IMG/VR virus record: IMGVR_UViG_3300026187_000056
Location: 1 to 31,916 of that record
DNA from: a virus
Lineage: Duplodnaviria > Caudoviricetes
Length of the DNA: 31,916 nt
Strand: one strand, 5' to 3'
Below the pieces are notes generated by a model. That model was not told where the DNA came from and did no database searches. It was given only the letters and a program-made list of their open reading frames with translations. Position 1 is the stretch's first letter. Each line of letters begins with the position of its first letter. Both the position numbers and the translations under genes were made by a program. Below are positions 27,101-31,916 of this stretch, one piece after another.

Positions 27101-27504
27101 ACTCAAATATAATCTGGCAATATTCATTGAATACAGCAACCAGTAATGGAGTTACAGACGATCCTGTCTATTTTGATGTTTGGAATAACTGGGGTAATAC
27201 TTACTTGGAAGCTAGTTGGGATGATGAAACAGGATGCTTTATGGGCGGCGTATGCATATCCAGCAATTATTATATGAAGGTCTATTTTATGGATGAATTG
27301 GCTGGTTCATGGATAGGTGCTGTTGATTATAGTGTTACAACGCCATCGAAAACTTCTGTGTCTACGGTTGGCGATGTCAATAACAACCAGACAGGTTTAA
27401 TAGCAGGATCAAAATACGAGCCATCTGGAAACACCCTCAAAGCATCTAGCACTGGAAGAATGACTGCTGTCAGTTCAACAGAATTATTTATCAGGAGCCT
27501 GTAA
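24133..27504 (+). CDS. Tail fibre / receptor-binding protein, 1123 aa
   Basis: N-terminal PTAPSR.D.PATFISRA.AFL and ANFKGAWSSLTGALN anchor, PSQTGQSGKYLTTDG linker, S/T/N-rich beta repeats (YD....). Confidence 0.85.
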   Translation: MTISTITPLPTAPSRDDAPATFISRANAFLAAMVTMGTELNTSIGQMNTDIAGVNQDAQDAADSAASAIASANFKGAWSSLTGALNIPASVSHSGSIWILLNNLADVTASEPGVSADWQDLPIIPSQTGQSGKYLTTDGSSTSWGELTVSAGEKTFVATGSITAGQTVGLKTDGTVEIISGTAAAQIYNESAYQEYSITTTNIYDFNFAYDSVNQKVYALYAQTADLYVRIGTVSGDQISFGSDVLVTNAKYANQWMDFAVNYDPDQDRMVVFYQNSSNLLTAVAGVVVGSTVTFGSPASLATYNFQESRGFSFFYDTEHNTHHVAFESSTQGNAALAPFTVSGTTITWGNFFRPNSGHGVNGASGDFCPSINKIIVGAFGTSTTHYFYLVDFDGTDYTLEATETFTSTGAATAEHTQLYYDDDTATAVMAAYHDGENKGVAATVTSSTITAGTIINLANSTSQNYGRLAYNPNANHWWYGTSGNDVFELRKITVSGTTITSVDAGFFSGTLSPDGNYARMINIFTDTTTGMNFAFLTHQGFNEWLSRGWLEGQWNTNADTFVGIAKQTVTDGQNVTVTITAGTNENVTGLSTGVDYWVNYNGDLVNFATSFSKVGRALSATKILVSGSSDSPLEDEHTSFFQAGQNMTAGDMVYLDSSGVLGPASYSRGDFDTNVAEANDSTNFYSASWGATCYVSPNSSRVLYVWWGSNQYLYGRLGEYDKATGSLTFTTTPSVLESTVGKLQTTQGGIKIVYNTTNSCWYVLYFNSSQYLRGRSVKDQATLSTAVATLYSGTVHDSSNGGMNVSYDRTNNQGLATWRYDSSSMLSRSFKANGNGAPSTSGMGSSYLSGISGFPTSNWNVVSWYDDVNLVHRAMYPHQSANVRIFAYDLINTPTVTPLPSTNGFQTNIITNSASGQILGAWCKTPSRIALFYRDTSNNNQSRLIEVTGASTYDLGTSGSTQLTQNASTWIQYSFAWWSEALQKLYFTNSNIIWQYSLNTATSNGVTDDPVYFDVWNNWGNTYLEASWDDETGCFMGGVCISSNYYMKVYFMDELAGSWIGAVDYSVTTPSKTSVSTVGDVNNNQTGLIAGSKYEPSGNTLKASSTGRMTAVSSTELFIRSL

Positions 27505-27792
27505 ATGAACGTTGTCGTAATAACTGAAACAAACGAAGCCGCTTATGTGACAAGTGATGACGTATCAATCCATTTGCAATCAAATCAAATACTTGTTGGC
27601 ACATTGCCGGTTTTAGACTTGAACGAAAATAATTGCACAGTCCAAGTTTCTGATACTGTTCCATCTGATTATGTTTCTGGAAATTATTTGTACCACGTTG
27701 ATGCGGCAGAAGGTCAATCTCCATGGGAGAAAAAAGCGGACGATTGGCAAGCACCAAAACCAGACGGCTGGGTTGATCCGACTGCCGAATGA
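27505..27792 (+). CDS. Hypothetical protein, possible tail-fibre accessory
   Basis: Abuts the fibre gene; VPSDYVSGNYLY...W motif. Confidence 0.65.
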   Translation: MNVVVITETNEAAYVTSDDVSIHLQSNQILVGTLPVLDLNENNCTVQVSDTVPSDYVSGNYLYHVDAAEGQSPWEKKADDWQAPKPDGWVDPTAE

Positions 27793-27798
27793 TGCGCA

Positions 27799-28017
27799 AT
27801 GATTCATGTTTTTGTCTTGGTTGTGGTCATAAACGGGCTGGAGGCATCTGATTCCTGCGCGAATGGTGCGATGTGCTTTTACGATGTAAATCGGTGCAAC
27901 TATTTCGCGTCCAGAATAAGACGGAACACATCATCACCATCAACCAGTGATTCTGTAATCGCTTACTGCAAGCCGACTTTCATTGATCCAACAACTGATG
28001 GTCTGCGAGTGTACTGA
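27799..28017 (+). CDS. Hypothetical small Cys-containing protein
   Basis: MIHVFVLVVVI N-terminus, CNYFA..., AYCKP; coupled to the next gene. Confidence 0.7.
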   Translation: MIHVFVLVVVINGLEASDSCANGAMCFYDVNRCNYFASRIRRNTSSPSTSDSVIAYCKPTFIDPTTDGLRVY

Positions 28018-28487
28018 TGGCGATTGCAGAAATAAGCATGGCAATTGCCGGAGCGAGGAAGGCGGTTCAGTTTGTCAAAGCTGTTGCCGAAGCAAAGGGC
28101 GATTTCGATCAGTGTATTGGCAAGATTCATAATTTCTATAACTTCTATGACACAGTGCGCGAGGCAGAAGTCAAAGCGCAGAATGGTGACTATTTCAGCA
28201 GAAATAGCCCGGAGGCAATCGCGCTAGAGGAGATCCAGGCCGCATACCAGATGGAACAGATGGAAGAGCAAATGCGCTTCCTGATCCACTACAACATGTC
28301 GCCAGAGCATTTCAAGCGGATGATGCGACGCAGAAAAGAAATCCGCGCTCAAAGATTACAAAAAGCAAAAGCAAAAGCAGAAAGGCGCAAACTGTTGATC
28401 GATGGTTTGTTTATATTTGTTTGCGTGATCGTTATTTTTAGCACGATTGGATATGCGGCAAGTCTAATTATGGGGGCAAGGGCATGA
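28017..28487 (+). CDS. Hypothetical coiled-coil protein with C-terminal TM helix
   Basis: TGATG coupling; C-terminal hydrophobic segment. Confidence 0.75.
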   Translation: MAIAEISMAIAGARKAVQFVKAVAEAKGDFDQCIGKIHNFYNFYDTVREAEVKAQNGDYFSRNSPEAIALEEIQAAYQMEQMEEQMRFLIHYNMSPEHFKRMMRRRKEIRAQRLQKAKAKAERRKLLIDGLFIFVCVIVIFSTIGYAASLIMGARA

Positions 28488-28894
28488 TTCTTAACTTAGT
28501 TCAAAGTCTGGCAGAGCCAGTAACAAAAGTTCTGGATAAAGTAATCGAGGACAAAGATCAGAAAGCTGCTTTGGCCCATGAGATTGCAACGCTTGCCGAC
28601 AAGCAGGCGCAAGAGCAAGTCATGGGGCAGATGGAGATCAATAAAACCGAGGCGCAGCATGCTTCACTATTTGTGGCTGGCTGGCGACCAGCAGTCGGCT
28701 GGGTTTGCGCCCTGGCGATGCTTTTCAACTTCCTGCTGATTCCATTCATCAATCTTGGTTTAGATGTCGGTGGCTTAGATATTCAACTCGATTTGATTGA
28801 TATGGAAACAATGATGCCGGTTCTGTTTGGCATGCTTGGTTTGGGCGGCATGAGAACTGCCGAAAAGATCAAAAAGGTAGAGCGCAACAAGTAA
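28484..28894 (+). CDS. Holin, 3TM (GTA holin-like)
   Basis: INKTEAQHASLFVAGWRPAVGWVC...LFGMLGLGGMRT.EK. Confidence 0.9.
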   Translation: MILNLVQSLAEPVTKVLDKVIEDKDQKAALAHEIATLADKQAQEQVMGQMEINKTEAQHASLFVAGWRPAVGWVCALAMLFNFLLIPFINLGLDVGGLDIQLDLIDMETMMPVLFGMLGLGGMRTAEKIKKVERNK

Positions 28895-30120
28895 TGACAA
28901 AGCACTGGGAAAATAATTCAACTCGGAAAACGCCAAGCCGGGAACTTCTGAAATATTGCAAAACTCAGCGCCAGATTGAAATTTTGTCTGCTTATATTGA
29001 TCACGGAACATCCGAGGCTGCGGCCAAAGTTGTTGGTTGCAAAGCTAGAAATGTGCGGCAAGTAATTGCGTCGATCAAGAGAAGCGCGGCAGAGCAGGGG
29101 TGGACGGAATCATTCGACGCGACCAGATTTGTTGATCCCGGTCAGGTAATCACCGGAAAATCTACGCTCACAAAGGATGAAGAAGGCAACACTGTCTGGA
29201 TCAAGACAAAGGCGCAGCAAGAATCACAGCGCAAAGCATTCTTTGAATTCATCGAGGGGCTGAACTCCGAAATAATCCCAGCAAAGCCAAAGAAACCCAC
29301 CAGCAAAAAGAAACTCAGCGAAGAGATCATGCCAGCCATATTCATTGGCGATGCTCACATTGGTATGCGGAGCAGCAATCAGGAAACGAAAGCCAGGTCG
29401 TTTAATTCCGAGACAGCCAAGAGCGAAATCTGCAATGCCGTTGATGATCTGGTTTCTGTCGCCCCAGATGCTAATACAGGGCTTTTGGTCAATGTTGGTG
29501 ACTTTGTTCACGCCAACAACTCAAACGGCACAACGGGCAAGGGGACGCCGCTTGATGTGGATTCTTCATATGAGAACTTCATGCGTACGGCTGCGGAGAC
29601 TCTGCGATATTCAATAGACGCAATGCTGGGCAAGTTCAAGCGGGTAGAAGTAGTGATCGCCAGGGGAAACCACGATCCCGATGCCGCTGTCGCATTGCAG
29701 ATGATCATGGAGTTCTACTATTCCAAGGAAAAGCGCGTCAATATTCTGCCGAGTCGAGGATTTTTCCATTATATAAAATATGGTAACTGGCTAATCGGAG
29801 TGCATCACGGCGACAAGGTAAAGGCTCAAAAACTGGCTAATATCATGCCCAGGGACATGCCAAACGCTTGGTCGGACACAACTCACAGAATGTGGGCTGT
29901 GGGACATTTTCATCATTCTCATGAAATAGAGTGCGACAATTCGGTCGTGGTGAAGAAGTTCGGCACTCTAGCGCCGCCAGACGATTGGCATGCAAGCCAG
30001 GGATACGGATCAAGCCATGTAATGGAAATGATCGTATTCAAGCGCAACGGCGGCAAAATGCTGTCCTATACATACGAAATCCCCAGTGAAAACAGGCAGC
30101 TGGACGCAGAGATTTTTTAA
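28894..30120 (+). CDS. Calcineurin-like metallophosphoesterase with N-terminal HTH
   Basis: GDAHIG, NVGDFVH, RGNHD, HHGD and GHFHH motifs; N-terminal SEAAAKVVGCKARNV. Confidence 0.88.
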   Translation: MTKHWENNSTRKTPSRELLKYCKTQRQIEILSAYIDHGTSEAAAKVVGCKARNVRQVIASIKRSAAEQGWTESFDATRFVDPGQVITGKSTLTKDEEGNTVWIKTKAQQESQRKAFFEFIEGLNSEIIPAKPKKPTSKKKLSEEIMPAIFIGDAHIGMRSSNQETKARSFNSETAKSEICNAVDDLVSVAPDANTGLLVNVGDFVHANNSNGTTGKGTPLDVDSSYENFMRTAAETLRYSIDAMLGKFKRVEVVIARGNHDPDAAVALQMIMEFYYSKEKRVNILPSRGFFHYIKYGNWLIGVHHGDKVKAQKLANIMPRDMPNAWSDTTHRMWAVGHFHHSHEIECDNSVVVKKFGTLAPPDDWHASQGYGSSHVMEMIVFKRNGGKMLSYTYEIPSENRQLDAEIF

Positions 30121-30131
30121 ACAAATATTCG

Positions 30132-30140
30132 TGATAAAAT
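30132..30140 (+). promoter_or_regulatory. Extended -10 element, probably giving a leaderless mRNA
   Basis: TGaTAAAAT ends 7 nt before ATG 30148; no SD. Confidence 0.5.
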
Positions 30141-30147
30141 TACTGTT

Positions 30148-30543
30148 ATGGCTTACACAAAACCACAACTCCGCGAACGTCTGAAAGACAAAATAATGCG
30201 CAGCGGGAAGGGCGGTCAACCGGGCAAATGGTCGGCCAGGAAAGCCCAGTTATTGAGCGCTGAATATCGAAAAGCTGGCGGTGGATATACCGGCGGCAAG
30301 ACAAAGGCCCAGAAATCGCTGTCCAAGTGGACTAAGCAGGACTGGGGAACCAAGTCTGGCAAGCCGTCAACAGTGGGCAAGAAAGCAACCGGAGAACGAT
30401 ATCTGCCGAAAGCCGCCAGGGACGCACTTAGCCCGCAGGAATACGGCGCAACGACTCGCAAGAAGCGGGAAGATTTGAAGAAAGGCAAATCGGTGTCCAG
30501 GCAACCGAAGAAGATAGCCAAAAAGACTGCTCGCAAAAGGTGA
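30148..30543 (+). CDS. Highly basic conserved phage protein (DUF5872-like)
   Basis: YTKP.LRER.K..IM...KGG.PG.WSARKAQLL..EY.KAGGGY; LSKWTKQDWGTKSGK. Confidence 0.8.
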   Translation: MAYTKPQLRERLKDKIMRSGKGGQPGKWSARKAQLLSAEYRKAGGGYTGGKTKAQKSLSKWTKQDWGTKSGKPSTVGKKATGERYLPKAARDALSPQEYGATTRKKREDLKKGKSVSRQPKKIAKKTARKR

Positions 30544-30547
30544 AATC

Positions 30548-30829
30548 ATGGCCAAAGATCCAAGACTTACAAGATTGGGGCTTGAAGGATACAACAAGCC
30601 AAAACGGACGCCGGGCCATCCAACAAAATCACATGTTGTGGTCGCGAAAGAAGGCGATCAGATCAAGACAATTCGATTCGGACAGCAGGGCGTCAAGGGA
30701 TCTCCCTATCGAGAGGGCGAATCCAAGGCAAACAGAGCGCGGAGACTAGCCTGGAAAGCCAGGCATGCTGAGAATATCAAGAAAGGCAAAATGTCAGCTG
30801 CTTACTGGTCAAACAAAACCAAATGGTAG
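30548..30829 (+). CDS. Highly basic conserved phage protein
   Basis: GYNKPKRTPGHPTKSHVVVAK.GD..KTIRFGQQG...KARH...SAAYW. Confidence 0.8.
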   Translation: MAKDPRLTRLGLEGYNKPKRTPGHPTKSHVVVAKEGDQIKTIRFGQQGVKGSPYREGESKANRARRLAWKARHAENIKKGKMSAAYWSNKTKW

Positions 30830-30839
30830 GAGGAAAAAA

Positions 30840-30884
30840 ATGCCGTATCACAAAAACAAAAAGAAAAAGCCGAAGGGCAAATAA
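30840..30884 (+). CDS. 14-aa Lys-rich micropeptide MPYHKNKKKKPKGK
   Basis: Perfect SD AGGAGG at 6-nt spacing; fills the gap exactly up to ATG 30885. Confidence 0.65.
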   Translation: MPYHKNKKKKPKGK

Positions 30885-31082
30885 ATGGAAAAGTATGATC
30901 CTGTCGAGCTGATACTGTCGATCATTTATCATGGGCAGGGGCAATACACTCCAGAAGAAGTGCAAGAAATCATCGAGTTGATGTATTTGTATTCCGGCGA
31001 GCAAGAGAGCGCAAAAGACGAAAAGAAAAAAGGCTTCAAAGTAGTATCAATCAATACTCTTGATAATGACGATTATGAATGA
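30885..31082 (+). CDS. Hypothetical protein
   Basis: Contiguous in the operon; coding-like. Confidence 0.65.
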   Translation: MEKYDPVELILSIIYHGQGQYTPEEVQEIIELMYLYSGEQESAKDEKKKGFKVVSINTLDNDDYE

Positions 31083-31317
31083 CGCAGAGTTAGAAATATT
31101 GCTTGATAAAGCTGCGAAGCGCGGAGCCGCTCAAGCCCTGCGTGACATTGGTCTGTCGGATGCCGAAGCATACGATGACATGAAGGAACTCCGCTCCCTG
31201 CTCGATATTTGGCGGGATACCAGGCGCACAGTCGGTCAGACCATAGCTAGAGCGTTCACAATGGGCATTCTGGGCTTGATTGTGGTCGGCGTATACTTTG
31301 AATTCGGCGGTAAATAA
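31066..31317 (+). CDS. DUF6127-like small membrane protein
   Basis: AAKRGA..AL..IGL.D..A..D..ELRSLLD.WRD and a C-terminal TM helix; start 31066 or 31075. Confidence 0.7.
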   Translation: MTIMNDAELEILLDKAAKRGAAQALRDIGLSDAEAYDDMKELRSLLDIWRDTRRTVGQTIARAFTMGILGLIVVGVYFEFGGK

Positions 31318-31916
31318 TGAGCGAATACACTAATCTGAGCCCGTCCGGGCATTTTCTGTTCGATGTGGCCAGGAATAACATCGCCGAAGCCAGAGCGCTG
31401 AATCTGTTTGGCTATAATGCTGATGTGGGAACTGACTATGAAACGATTTGGAACTTTGGCGGGCTTTACGCTAGACCAAGCTCTGCGGTCGTGATGTCTG
31501 TATCCAGTTCAGATGCCGGAGATACTAATAAGCGAATCAGAATCACTGGTCTTGATGAGTTTTATGATGAAGTGGTCGAGATCATCACAACTGATGGCAC
31601 TGACGCCACAACTCCGGTCGCTGGCTCTCAAGAATTTTTGAGAATTAATCAGGTTTTAAGCCTAGACGATACGAACGCAGGAAATATTTCAGTAAAGAAC
31701 GGCGCAACTACTTATGGCTACATTGGTGCGAGCGAAGGTATCTCGCAGATGTGCGTTTATACTGTCCCGGCTGATCATTCTTTGTATCTGTTCCGAATTG
31801 ATCTGAATTCTGCGACAGCGAACCAAAACAAATATTTGACGCTCAGAAACAAAACTATTTCAAAAGAGGGTTTGCTGATAAATACGGCCAGAGCAACATC
31901 TGCCACAACTCAAAGC
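31317..31916 (+). CDS. 5' part of a 245-aa hypothetical phage protein spanning the circular junction (continues 146-283)
   Basis: ATG at 31317 overlaps the upstream TAA. The frame MSEYTNLSPSGHFLFDVARNNIAEARALNLFGYNADVGTDYETIW... is open to the window end and joins in frame with ORF 11..283. Beta-rich composition, possibly virion-associated. Confidence 0.85.
   Translation, partial: MSEYTNLSPSGHFLFDVARNNIAEARALNLFGYNADVGTDYETIWNFGGLYARPSSAVVMSVSSSDAGDTNKRIRITGLDEFYDEVVEIITTDGTDATTPVAGSQEFLRINQVLSLDDTNAGNISVKNGATTYGYIGASEGISQMCVYTVPADHSLYLFRIDLNSATANQNKYLTLRNKTISKEGLLINTARATSATTQS
31772..31916. repeat. Terminal direct repeat, right copy
   Basis: Same sequence as 1-145, ending ...gccacaactcaaagc. 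Confidence 0.97.

Noticed and set aside
205-31004. All other minus-strand and alternate-frame ORFs in the track
   Set aside because: They overlap well-supported, translationally coupled plus-strand genes and show no recognisable motifs.
1-31916. CRISPR array, diversity-generating retroelement, integrase/att site, intron or intein, alternative genetic code
   Set aside because: No repeat-spacer array, reverse transcriptase or recombinase seen; terL, helicase and capsid genes are uninterrupted; genes tile fully under the standard code.
1-31916. Apparent abundance of GATC/ATCGAT-type words
   Set aside because: An impression only; it needs observed/expected k-mer counts, which I cannot compute here.

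Overview
The window is an essentially complete, circularly permuted genome of a small tailed dsDNA phage (unit length about 31,771 bp). Bases 1-145 repeat 31772-31916 with 2 mismatches, and one gene spans the join. All credible genes are on the + strand. Gene order: lysis (holin-like, M15 peptidase); recombination/replication (Sak-type annealase, YqaJ exonuclease, SSB, HTH, Zn-ribbon/Toprim primase, RHH, NinB-like, PD-(D/E)XK-like nuclease, NinG, SF2 helicase); small accessory genes; DNA modification (ParB-like plus Mom-family GNAT); packaging and head; a siphovirus-type tail with a -1 frameshifted chaperone; a large receptor-binding protein; a 3TM holin; a metallophosphoesterase; and small basic proteins. 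I recognise no integrase, DNA polymerase or replication initiator. A gammaproteobacterial host is inferred, not shown. Main observations: (1) a D-armless tRNA-Gly-like element ending in UCCA inside the 3' end of the Mom-family adenine-hypermodification gene; (2) a ~430-nt highly structured non-coding RNA upstream of the helicase; (3) repeated GGG-triloop hairpins at late-gene translation starts; (4) an unannotated SutA-like small protein. All family calls come from motif recognition by eye; no database searches were run.
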